Assembly: GCA_943704415.1 (NCBI GenBank)
Contig: CALSCO010000787.1
Location: forward strand, 1 to 64,000
Source of the DNA: Parvularia atlantis
Taxonomy: Eukaryota
DNA: 64,000 bases
Direction of reading: 5' to 3'
The notes below the pieces were generated by a model. That model saw only the letters and a list, made by a program, of their open reading frames with translations, made no database searches and was not told the origin of the DNA. The position numbers were made by a program, and so were the translations under genes. Below are positions 53,129 through 64,000 of the stretch, in pieces; within the stretch, counting starts at the first letter, position 1; each line of letters opens with the position of its first letter.

Positions 53129-54852
53129 TCACCAGTCGGGCACGTCGAGGCAGGTCGAGGCGTCCTCGGCAAAAGTCGTGCGGGCCGGCACGAGCACGCG
53201 GCCGGCCTGGGCCTCGCGCGCGCGGTGCTCCTCGACCATGTGGCGCACGACGCGCTGGTAGTAGATCACGCCGGCCTCGCGCTGTCGGGCGACGCGTCAG
53301 GACACGCTTGACTGGGCGCGTGGACGCACCACGGGGTGCAGCGCGCCGCGCGTATAGATGCCCTTGTTGAGGTTGCCTTGCGCCGCGAGGCACATCTCGT
53401 AGTCCTGCGCGTCGCGTCGTGAGCGGCCGCCGCAGCGTGCGGGCCGCATGCACCTCGGCGTCAGTGCGGTTCATGTACTCGAGGAACTCGTCCATGACCT
53501 CGCTCGACGTGTCGGCGCGCACAAACACCTCGACGACCATGCGCGTGCGCGTGGCCGACAGCGGCACGGCGCGCTGCGTCGAGAAGCACTTCGGCGCAAG
53601 CGTGTGAGTGCGCGGCGAGGCGCGCAGAGGGGGGCGCCGCACCGGCGAGTAGCAGTTGAGGCCCAGGTTCGGCAGCACAAACAGCCACATGCCGTCCGAG
53701 TCGCCCGACGCCGCACCGTCCTTGCGGTCGTCCTTGCGGTCGCAGTGGTGCCGACAGTAGTTGGTAAAGCAGTCGACTGCGGGCGTCAATCGGTGCGGCG
53801 GTCGGCTCAGCAGGAAGGCAACGCCATACTCGCACGCACCCTTGTACGACGCCAGTTTAAAGTCACGCGACAGGCCCGGGTGCACGATCTCGCAGTGATA
53901 GCACTCCTGGAAGCCGTCCACGAACGCCTTCCAGTTGATGTCGAGCTCCTTGACAATGGTCGAGTGGAACTTGTACTGGCCAAAGTCAAAGCCGCCGCTC
54001 GCGAGCAGCGTGTCGAGGCCTACGCGGGCACGCTCAGCACGAGCAGCACGAGCAGCACGAGCAGCACGAGGACACGGCAGGCGGTGCGCACCGGGAAAGT
54101 GCTCGTCAAACGACGTCACGCGCGGCGCGCTCGCCACGTTGGCGAAGAGGAAGCCCTGGCTGGTCTCGTGCAGGTGCACCTCGATCAGGCCCATCTTGCT
54201 CGCGTCGAAGCCCTCGACGCCCTCGAACGACGGCGCCTTGACGAGCTGCGCGTGCGCACGTTGGCGTGATCAGCACAAGGACACGGAGGGGGGGAAGCAG
54301 AGAGAAGACGACGCGCCTCGCCCTTCGTGTTGTAGCTCCAGCCGTGGTAGCGGCAGCCGATCACCCGCGCCGAGCCGGCGTCGTTGCGCACGACGGGCGC
54401 GGCGCGATGGCGACACACGTTGTGGAACGCGCGCACGCGTCCGTCCTCGCCCAGCACCAGCACGAGCGGGTACCCGCCCAGCTCGATGCCGAGGTAGTCG
54501 CCGGGGCGCTCGAAGCGGCACCGATGCGTCGCGTACAGCCTGCACGCGCACCACGCACCACGCATGACGCGTCATGTGCGATGGCGCTCGCAATACGGCC
54601 TCGCCCGCAGCACGCACCACGTCTGCGCAAACACCGCGCGCTGCTCCAGCTCAAAGTGCGCCTGGTCCGTGTACCACGAGGCTGGCAGCGTCGCTGGCGC
54701 GGCCGAGGCGGCGGGCGCGGCCGGCCTGGGGCGATCGGGCGCGGCCTGCACGACACGGGCACGGTCAGCGGCACGCGCGGGGGCCCGCAGTGGCGGCGGC
54801 GCACCAGGCGCCCGATCAGCAGCGCCGGCGACGATCGGGAGGCGGCGAGCAT
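53129..54852 (-). CDS. Rieske [2Fe-2S] oxygenase alpha subunit, choline/carnitine monooxygenase-like
   Basis: TLPASWYT, RAFHNVCRHRA..CRYHGWSY (Rieske), NWKAFVDGFQECYHCEIVHPG (mononuclear Fe site), EDYEMC, C-terminal PDW*. Confidence 0.9.
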
Positions 54853-54988
54853 CGCGCCACGTGCCGCGCGGGAAAGTGTGACGGTTGTGTCAGCGTCTCC
54901 TTCCGGTCCTTCTCCGTCTCTTTGTTCAGCGACACTGCTACAGCACTGCGCACACACGCTGCGCGCTCTCTGCCTCAGCGGCCGCATG

Positions 54989-55436
54989 TCACACGCGGGG
55001 CACCGGGTCCTGCACCTCGAGGCAGACGGTCGCGACGACGGTGCACGGCGGGTCCTCGTTGCGGTTGGCGCAGAACAGGTCCGTGCGCGGCTCAAAGAGC
55101 TTGAGGCCCGGGTCGTCGCGCCACGTGAGCACAAACGCGTCGGTGCCGTTGCCGAGCCGGAACGACTTTTGCACGTATTCGAAGCTTATCGACGAGGACA
55201 CCATCGGGCGCCGTGGAAGTGACGTCGAGCGTGCCGAGGATGGTCTGGCCCGCGGTCGACTCGAAGCAGTCGTCGACGGATGGTGCGTCGAGCACCCAGG
55301 ACTTGCCGGCAGCCGACTCGAGCGTCAGCACCTGGTTGTCCCAGCACTTGCGCTGCGGCGGGGCGGCCACGGCCACCAGGGCGAGGGCGAGGCCGAGGCC
55401 GAGGGCGAGAGCGACGAGCGCGTGACGAGCAGCCAT
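54989..55436 (-). pseudogene. Secreted Cys-containing protein A, intronless, single +1 frameshift
   Basis: Signal peptide MAARHALVALALGLGLALALVAVAA; CWDNQ..KSW; near GAT AAG CTT CGA (about 55183-55192) the protein-like frame moves to SFEYVQK..DLFCAN..PPCTVVATVCLEV. Confidence 0.6.
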
Positions 55437-55542
55437 CCCGTCGGGAAAAAGTGCAGACTGCGGCGGGCTCTAACCGGTCTCTGCGGGTTGGCACGCGCGT
55501 CTGCCAACCAGTTTGCCACTTCTCGCTGCTTCTCCGCTCGAG

Positions 55543-56307
55543 ATGGCCCGCCTCGCCGCCTCGCTCGTCCTCGTCGCCTTCCTCGCCGTCGCGGCTGCCG
55601 TCACTGTCGACGCTTATTGCTGGAACAACCAGCGCGTCTTGCTCAACTGGCAGGCTAGCAAGTCCTACACCATTTGTGCGGAAGCCCGCCGCGTCCGACT
55701 TGTTGGCGCCCCCTAACGGCAACGCGGCAGCCAGCTGCTACTCGTCGTCGTCCTACAGCTACTACGGCAACTACACCATCCGCAGCACTGACAACGACGC
55801 GTGCGACTCGCTGGCACTGGCATCGGACCGCGCTAACTCGGCGAAACAGCTACAAGATGCGCTACGGCGACCAGGGGCACGGACGACAACTACTTCAGCT
55901 TCGCTTCGACCTCGTACCATGACGGCTTCACCAACTAGTGCGTCTTGCCTGCTAGCCTTTCGCCACGTCGGCCGCTAAAGTGTGGCACAGCAAATCATGG
56001 TCATACCTCGCCTCCTGGTCGTCGTTCTTCCCGCGCCTGAGCATCACCTGCGAGGACAGCTTCTCTGGCTGCAGCTTCGAGGGCTCGTGGTGCATGAACG
56101 TCCGCACGCGCACGGCCACGGGCGAGTGGGTCGACGTCGACGACGCGGACATCAAGCTGATCGAGAGTGCGCGCATGGCACTATCCTGCTGCTTTGCTTG
56201 CGCGCGCATGTCTGACTCTGCACCCAGTCGACTTTGACCCGAACAAGCCCGAGGTGGTTGTGCTGCCGCCGCGCAAGACGGAGGCCGACGTTGTCAAGAT
56301 GGCCTAA
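55543..56307 (+). pseudogene. Secreted Cys-containing protein B (paralog of A), four introns, apparent +1 frameshift
   Basis: Signal peptide MARLAASLVLVAFLAVAAAVTVDA; CWNNQ..KSY; extra G in CAGGGGCAC (55874-55877), unless the AAG acceptor at 55856 is used; then ITCEDSFSGCSFEGSWCMNV; TAA 56305-56307. Confidence 0.6.
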
Positions 56308-56398
56308 GCCACTGGCACGCCCCGCGGGCTCCGTGCGACTGTGTTGTGCCGGATGCCGACCACCCCGTCTGTTGTCTTGTGTTCCAGTGCCCGCTCCA

Positions 56399-58156
56399 TC
56401 AGTACCGCCGCTTCTTCTTGTGCGGCCGTTCGGCGCCGCTGTCCTGATCAGCCGGCTGCTCCTCGTCGTGCTCGGCGCCCGCACTGCGCTGGCCGTCTGC
56501 ACCGCGCTCGTGCTCGCCAAAGCCCTCGTCCTCGCTGCCGGATGCGTCGGATGAGGACGACGAAGAGCTGGACGAGGACGAGCTCGAGCGCGCGAGATCG
56601 GGCACTGCGCCGCCACGGCACAACGTTCAGCACCAGCGAGCCGTCAGCCGCGCGCGCGCACCCGTGCTGAGCTCGGTCAGCGCGCGCTCGACCAGCTGCG
56701 GGTATGGCTCGCGCAAGCACTCGAGCAGCTTCTGCGCAAACTTGGGGCGCGAGCGGCGTGTCTTGAGCCAGACCTGCGCACGTGTGTTCAGCAATGACGC
56801 GGCACGGCGTGCGCGCACAAAGTCAAAGTTGGTCGAGCTGCAAAAGTTCTGCGTGACGGCGACGGTCATGTCGAGGTTCACTGCACGCGCGAATCAGTAG
56901 TCGTGTGAACCGGGCAACGGCGCCGCACCGACGACGTGCCACCAGCCCTGCGCGCAAAGGGCGTCAGTCGCGCACGAATGAGCGAAGAACAAGAACGCAC
57001 CCCGGGCACAAAGACCGTCTCGCCGGGGCGCTGCAGCAGGTCGATCGGGCGCGCCGTGGGCCAGTCGGGCGCCTGCGTGGCGAGTGTGTGAGCCAACTTG
57101 AAGCACGGCCGAGCGGCGTGCACGGCCGCACCTGCGTGCGCGGGTACACGTTGTGGAACCACGCGATGGCCTGCGCGGCTGGTGAGCGTCGAGCGCGCGG
57201 TCACGAGAGCGCACGCGGACTTCGTCCTCGCTGTTGAGTGGGCTGACGAGCTCCTTGGGTGTGCCGGGCGGGAACAGCGCCCATCTGCGCAGTCGGTCAG
57301 CTCACGTCACGCGGCAAAAAAAAAAAAAATTGAGGGGGGCGACGCGCGCACCGCTTGTGGCCGTGCAGCAGCGCGTTCCAAGCGCTCGTGCCCAGTGGGT
57401 CCACGTGGATGTTGGTGCCCGAGCGCGCCGGGCCGATCACGACCCAGCGGTACGGAGGGCGCCGGCTCTCGCCCACGTACTGGAACAGGTCCTCGCGGAA
57501 GTACTTTGGCACGGCGTAGTCTGCGAGCAGCGTCTGTGCGTGCAATGATCGTGAGCAGCGCGACGGGCGACGGGCGGCACGGGCAGAGGCGCACGCTCGA
57601 CTTGGCGCGGTCGCCAAAGGAGCCGTCAAAGATGTAGAGCGGGCTGTCGTCGCACGTCTCGGCCGCGTAGCGCGCAAAGTACTTGAGCTTGAGGTTGACC
57701 GAGCGCCCGTCGTCGTCCTCGCCGCACCGGAAGCGGCGCTCGCCGAGCCGCTCGACCAGCGCGTCAATTGACCACGTGCGGCTCGCGGGCCAGGCGCTCG
57801 TCGCGCCCACAATCACGACGGGCACGTTGGGCGCCTCGCACTGCGCCACGAACACGGCCTCGTCAACCTGCGCCACACGATCAACACGACAGTCAGCACG
57901 ACGAGCAGCACCCAGCGACGGCCGCACCGCGTCGTAGTCGATGCGCGGCACGGCGTCGGCGCACGCCCACAGCCACGCAGACCGATCGCAGTAGCCGTTG
58001 CGCCGCCACGCGCCCTCGTTGTCGCCGAGGTCTGCGCCGCACCGATCAATCGCACGGCAGCGAGCCGCGCGCACGCGAGCCGCCCGCACCGCTCCGCGCG
58101 TGCCGCCGCGCCTTGGCGATTTTGGCCGCGCAGACCGCCTCGTCGATCACAACCAT
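56399..58156 (-). CDS. JMJD6: JmjC-domain lysyl hydroxylase / arginine demethylase JMJD6 (PSR)
   Basis: [84 protein letters not shown], poly-Ser and KKKRR tail. Confidence 0.95.
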
Positions 58157-58169
58157 CAGCGGGACCCGC
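58155..58169. promoter_or_regulatory. ATCAGCGGGACCCGC palindromic element, copy 2
   Basis: Lies in the 38-nt gap between the JMJD6 and citrate synthase start codons. Confidence 0.4.
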
Positions 58170-58194
58170 GGCGAGATTCGAACTGTGACAGCGC

Positions 58195-60121
58195 ATGGCG
58201 GCGACGGTCGCGGCGCGGCTGCTGATCGCGGACAAAGCGGACGGCGCGGACGAAGCGGACGGCGCGGCGGCGCAGCAGCGCGCGGCCGAGGCGCGTGTTG
58301 TGGACGGCGCGGTGCCGGCGCAGCTGTTCCGCGAGCTGGTGATGCTGCCGCCCGATGCGCGCGCGCGCGTGTGTGAGAGAGGCGATGCTGATCGTGCGAC
58401 GTTGCAGGGCGCGGCAGTGTACGACGCCGGGTACTCGCAGACGGCCGTGTGTCGCTCGCGCGTGTGCGCGATCGACGGCGAGCGCGGCGTGCTGTTGTAC
58501 CGCGGATACGCGATCGAGGAGCTCGCTGCGCGCTCGACGTTCCTAGAGGTCGCGTTCCTGCTCATCCACGGCGAGCTGCCCGACGTGCGCCAGCTCGATC
58601 AGTGGACGCAGCGCGTGCTGCGGCACACATACGTGCACGAGGTGCGTGCTGCCTGTGCGCGGTGCTGTGGCGGGCTCAGCACCGCGGCCGCGCCGCAGAA
58701 CCTTGTGACGTACATGAAGGGCTTCCGCTACGACGCGCACCCGATGGGCATGGTCGTCTCGTGCGCGCTGCTGCCTGCCTCCCTCCTCCGCCTCCTCCGT
58801 GCACGCCGCTGAGCCGCCGCGCCGCGCAGCACCCTCGCGGCCATGTCCACGCTGCACCCCGAGGCCAACCCGGCGCTGCAGGGCCGCTACGACCTGTTCC
58901 AGTCGGACCGACTGCGCAACAAGCAGGTCTTCCGCCTGCTCGGCAAGGTGCCCACGATCGCTGCGTTCGCGTACCGCCACCGTATCGGCCGGTACGTGCA
59001 CCATCCGTGCACGTTGGGCGACCGCTGAAACTAAGAGGCGCGCAGGCCGTACAACATGCCCTCGAACCAGCTCGGCTACGTCGAAAACTTCCTGTTTATG
59101 CTCGACCGCCTGAGCGAGCCCGACTACCGCCCCGTGCGTGCGCGGGCTTAGGCTGGCCGTGTGCTGATCGACGGCGACACACAGGACGCGCGCTTGTGTA
59201 AGGCGCTCGACATCCTCTTCATCCTCCACGCCGAGCACGAGCTCAACTGCTCCACGGCTGCCGCGCGCCACTGGGCCGCGACCGACGTTGACCCGTACAC
59301 GGTCATGTCGGGCGCGGCCGCGGCGCTGTACGGTGCGCGCGCCGCCGACCCGCTGCCACGCGCGAGCTGACCGCACCGTCGCGCAGGCCCCGCGCACGGC
59401 GGCGCGAACGAGGCCGCGCTGCGCATGCTGCAGGAGATCGGCACGAAGGACCGCATCCCGCAGTTTATCGCCGAGGTCAAGGTGCGCGCGTGATCACAGC
59501 GCTTGCGCTCACCCTGACCGCGCCCTCGTGCGCAGGCGAAGAAGCGCCGGCTGATGGGCTTCGGGCACCGCGTGTACAAGAGCTACGACCCGCGCGCGCG
59601 CATCCTCAAGGGCGTAAAGGACATGGTCTACGAGGTCATGGGCAAGGACGACCTGTACGATGTGGCCGAGCAGCTTGAGCGGTGCGACGCGCGCCTGCTT
59701 GTTCGCCCGCCTTGTGCGCCACTCACACTACATGGCGCAGCATCGCGCTGTCGGACGAGTACTTTATCAAGCGCAACCTGTTCCCCAACATCGACTTTTA
59801 CTCGGGCCTGATCTACAAGGCGATCGGCTTCCCGATGGTGCGCGCGTTGCACGGGCTCTTAGACGTGCGTGACGCTCGCCGCAGGACTTCTTTCCCGTCC
59901 TGTTCCTCATCCCGCGCCTCGCCGGGTGGCTCGCGCACTGGGTCGAGCAGCTGAGCGACCCGGACAACCGCGTCTTCCGCCCGCCCCAGGTGTCCGACGG
60001 CTCCGGCGCGCCGCGCGCGTACGTGCCGATGGATCAGCGCGCCACCGGGCCGTCGCGCCCCCTCTCCGCCGCCGAGAGCGGCATGTTCAAGCGCCGCGGG
60101 CTCGCCCAGACGACCCTCTAA
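58195..60121 (+). CDS. Citrate synthase (bacterial/glyoxysomal-like type)
   Basis: [90 protein letters not shown] 60119-60121. Confidence 0.95.
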
Positions 60122-60247
60122 GCACCTCTGTACATAGCCTCGCGACCTTCATGACAACCGAACAGTAAAGTCACGCGCGCATGTCTGTCACGCTTCACGT
60201 GATGGAAACCCGAGGCACGGCGCGGCGGTAGATTTGGACCGTGGACC

Positions 60248-61873
60248 ATGCTCTCACGCCGCGTCCGGGTGCGCGCGCCTCTCGACGTCGTCCCTCTGTG
60301 CGGCCGCCTGCTCACACGTGACGCGCACCACCCCGCAGCACTTCCACGCGAGCGTCGTGCGCCGCGCGGGCGCGCCGTCCCCCGCCGCCTCGGCGCTGCT
60401 CGCGCGCGACGACGCGGCCGTCTACGCCAACGCCGAGCTGCAGGCCGTCGCGAACAGTGCGCGCGCTGCTGTCTGCACGGGACAGCGCTGACGGACGATG
60501 ACCGCGCGCGCGACACGCAGCGCCCACGAAGCAGCTCAACATGTTCCAGGCCGTCAACAACGCGATGACGATCGCGCTCGAGACGGACGAGACGGCTGGT
60601 GCGTTTTGTGCTGTGCGAACGGCGCCGTCTCATCCGCGTCGCAGCCGTGTTTGGCGAGGACGTGGCGTTTGGCGGCGTGTTCCGGTGCACGATCGACCTG
60701 CGCGACAAGTTTGGTGCGCGCACTGCGGCCCCGCTCGCTCGTCGCTGCTCATGCCTGCGCGATGCCAGGCAAGGACCGCGTGTTCAACACGCCGCTGTGC
60801 GAGCAGGGCATCGCCGGCTTCGCGATCGGGATGGCCGCGATGGGTGCGACCGCCATCGCCGAGATCCAGTTTGCCGACTACATCTTCCCGGCCTTTGACC
60901 AAGTGCGCAGCCGTTTGCAGCATGGAACCGCGCACTCACCGGCCGGCCCGCAGATCGTCAACGAGGCCGCCAAGTACCGCTACCGCTCGGGCGGCATGTT
61001 TGATGCCGGCGGCCTCACGTTTCGCGCGCCCTGCGGCGCCGTCGGCCACGGCGGCCACTACCACTCGCAGTCGCCTGAGGCGTACTTTGCGCACACGCCG
61101 GGGCTCAAGGTCGCGTGCGGCGACGGTGTTGTTTCGCGGCGTGGCTGAGCCGCGCACCGCAGGTCGTCGTGCCGCGCAGCCCCGTGCAGGCCAAGGGCCT
61201 CCTGCTCGCGTCCATCCGCGACAAGAACCCGGTCGTCTTCCTTGAGCCGAAGATCCTGTACCGCGCCGCAGGTGCTGCTCACGGCAGCGCTTGTGCTGCT
61301 GACTGACTGCGTGTCTGCGCGCAGTCGAGCAGGTGCCGCTGGCCGACTACACTCTGCCGCTCGGCAAGGCCGAGATCCTGCGCGAGGGCAGCGACGTGAC
61401 GATCGTCGGCTGGGGCTCGCAGATCTACGTGCTCGAGCAGGCCGTCAAGCTGGCCAAGGAGAAGCTCGGGGTGTCGTGCGAGCTGATCGACCTGCGCACG
61501 ATCGCGCCGTGGGACGTCGACACGATTGAGAAGGTGCGATCGCCCTCGTTGAACGCGTCTGTCGCCCTCACGCGCGCGCACGCCCAGTCGGTCAACAAGA
61601 CCGGGCGCCTGATCGTCAGCCACGAGGCGCCGCTCACGGGCGGCTTCGCGTCCGAGATTGCGTCGACGATCCAGGAGCGCTGGTGCGGCGCGGACGCAAC
61701 GGCGACTGTACCGCGCTGACACACGGCCATGCACGCGCAGCTTCCTGCGGCTCGAGGCGCCGATCCAGCGCGTGTGCGGCTGGGACACGCCGTTCCCGCT
61801 CATCTTCGAGCCGTTCTACGTGCCCGACAAGCTGCGCAACCTCGAGGCGATCAAGAAAGTGACCCACTTCTAA
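60248..61873 (+). CDS. BCKDHB: Branched-chain 2-oxoacid dehydrogenase E1 beta subunit
   Basis: Arg-rich presequence; [85 protein letters not shown]. Confidence 0.96.
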
Positions 61874-61919
61874 TCACTTTGCATCTTTTGGTCTCGCGTC
61901 AAACGCATCGCAGAGCACG

Positions 61920-62376
61920 ATGGTCCGCCTGGTGCAGACGACGGCGGACGGCGTCGATGTCGCGCTGGCGCAGATCGCCGCGCACACGCCCCCCGACGCC
62001 GTCTTCTACGTGCTCGTCGTGGGCCGCTGGTGCCCGGACTGCCACCGCGGTGCGCCTCTGCTGCTGACCAAGCCAATCGCGGCTGATGCGGGCGGACGCG
62101 GCAGCCGACCCGAACGTGCACGCGGCGGCCGCCAAGCACCTCGGCGCCGACACGGCGCTGCTCGAGGTGGACGTGGGCGCGCGCGAGCACTACAAGGACG
62201 CGGCGTTCCCGCTGCGGCACCACGCGCAGTTCCGGCTGCAGCGCATCCCGACGCTGTACCGCTGGACGCGCAGCGGGCCGACGCATCGGCTGGTCGAGGG
62301 CGAGCTGTTTGACGCGGCCAACGTCGCGCGCTTCCTCAGCGGCGACGCGTTCGGCACGCCCGCGGCGCAGCTCTGA
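61920..62376 (+). CDS. TXNDC17: Thioredoxin-related protein TRP14/TXNDC17-like
   Basis: WCPDC active site, VDVGAREHYKD, IPTL; one intron. Confidence 0.85.
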
Positions 62377-62437
62377 TCCGCCGCCGTGACTCGAGAGAGG
62401 ACAGCAGAGAGCGGCGACTTTGCCTGATGACCCTCGC

Positions 62438-64000
62438 ATGGCACACCCGGCGTGGACGCGGTTGGGTGACGCGATCGTCGTGTCACGTGCCGTGCTCGGC
62501 GTCGTCGCGCGCGCCGTCCGCGGGCCGCCGGGCCGTGCGCCGCTTGGTGCTGGCGACACGGCTGCTGGTGCTGGACGGGAGGTGGCGATCGGACGAGAGG
62601 CGTTGATCAGCGATGCGGCGGCGATCAGCGATGCGGCGGCGATCGCGGCGGTACCAGCTCCTGCACCTCCTGCACCATCTGCACCTCCTACAGCAGCTCC
62701 AGCACCTGCGCCCGCATCGCCTGCACCTTCTCCTGCACCAGGATCTGCACCATCAGCCACAACGTCTCCATCTGCACCTGCACCACCCCGCCACTCTCCG
62801 GCATTAGCACCTTCTCCTGCATCAGCTGCACCATCACCTCCATCTGCACCACCAACGCAACCAGCACCACAACCACCATCTGCACCTCAGTCAGCGTACC
62901 ACAGCGAGATCGAGCAGCTGCGCAGCGTCGGCCGCGAGACGCCCGTGCCGACGACGCGCATCGGCCGCCTGTGGCGCTACGGCGGGCTCGCGGTCGGCAT
63001 GACGGTCGGCGCGGCGGCCGAGGCCGTGCGGCGTGCGGCGGGTGGCGGGGGCGGCACGAACGGTGCGTCCTCATCAGCACAATGCACGCACTGATCGAGG
63101 CGCCGCAGAGCCGATCATGCTCAACGCGGCCAACGCCGAGCGCCTCGTCAGCACGCTCAGCCGCATGCGCGGCGCCGCGCTCAAGCTCGGCCAGATGCTG
63201 AGCATCCAGGGTGCGTGCGCCTCATGCAGCACGTTTGCCGTCGTCTGACGTGCACAGACAACGACGCCATCCCCGCCGAGATCCGCACCGTGCTGCAGCG
63301 CGTGCGCCAGACGGCTGACTACATGCCGCGGGCGCAGCGCGAGGTGTGCGCGGCATCGAACGAGCACGGTGCTGGTGCTCACCCGGCGCGCAGTACGTCC
63401 TCCGCAGCGACCTCGGCGACGACTGGCGCGCGTGCTTCGCGCACTTTGACGACGTGCCCGTCGCCGCGGCGTCGATCGGGCAGGTGCACAAGGTCAAGAC
63501 GCACGACGGGCGCTGGGCCGCGCTCAAGCTGCAGTTCCCGGGCGTGGCGACGTCGATCCAGTCGGACCTCGACAACCTCAAAACGCTCCTCCTGTTCTCA
63601 CGCGCCCTGCCCAAGGGCCTCTTCCTCGACCGCACAATCGAGGCCGCCAAGCGCGAACTCGCGTGGGAGACCGACTACGAACGCGAGGGTGTGCCGGCCA
63701 CCCTCGCACTGCACGCGCATGGCCTGATCGAGCGCGCTCAGCGGCGTTCACGGAGCGGTTCCGCGCGCTGCTCGCCGACCAGAGCGACATCTTTGGCGTG
63801 CCCGAGGTCTTCCGCTCGCTGTCGACGGTGCGGGCGCGTCGCTGGACAGCCTCGCCGCTCACACAACCGCGCAGAAACGCGTCATCACGACCGAGTGGAT
63901 GGCGGGCGTCCCGGCCGAGCGCGTCGCCGAGATGAGCCAGGAGACGCGCAATCACGTGCGCTGCGTCGCATTTGAGCAAGGCGCTGACCCCGCACGCAGG
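62438..64000 (+). CDS. COQ8: Atypical ABC1/UbiB kinase COQ8 (3' partial)
   Basis: [85 protein letters not shown]. Confidence 0.93.
62655..62890 (+). repeat. Low-complexity GCACC(A/T)/CTCC repeats encoding a Pro/Ala/Ser linker in COQ8
   Basis: Recurrent TGCACC units with A/T-ending codons, unlike the surrounding codon usage. Confidence 0.8.

Noticed and set aside
57316..57338. Poly(A) run as a retroelement tail
   Set aside because: It is a T-tract inside a short JMJD6 intron, with no target-site duplication or element body.

Overview
GC-rich, very compact eukaryotic nuclear DNA, probably from a unicellular eukaryote whose gene set looks opisthokont-like; the lineage cannot be fixed from sequence alone. 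Genes are split by many ~45-60 nt spliceosomal introns (typical donor GTGCG, branch CTGAC/CTCAC/CTAAC, acceptor CAG/AAG). The ORF track therefore shows mostly fragments and antisense shadows, and I rebuilt the genes by hand-splicing. There are about 23 protein-coding genes: Mis18BP1/KNL2-like, DENND4-like, neutral sphingomyelinase, WW-TM protein, orphan 7TM, GatA/QRSL1, GCN1, a giant lipase-GTPase-HECT fusion, MLYCD, ProX-fused ProRS, shootin-like, mitoferrin, monoglyceride lipase, GH13 alpha-glucosidase, Ubc1/UBE2K, a PH/PTB-like protein, PHF12/Rco1-like, a Rieske oxygenase, JMJD6, citrate synthase, BCKDHB, TRP14 and COQ8. Three further secreted-protein loci are frameshifted. Most striking is a single reading frame (24864-32586, minus) joining a class-3-lipase-like domain, a hydrophobic hairpin, a complete TRAFAC GTPase, UBA-like repeats and a HECT E3 ligase. 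Also notable are at least 11 GC-AG introns, intergenic gaps down to 19-61 nt, a head-to-head pair of secreted paralogs each broken by a +1 frameshift, an 8-copy ATG-containing array upstream of Ubc1, and a 15-mer shared by two divergent promoters. No rRNA, tRNA, CRISPR or intact mobile element was recognised. Family assignments come from recalled motifs, not database searches.
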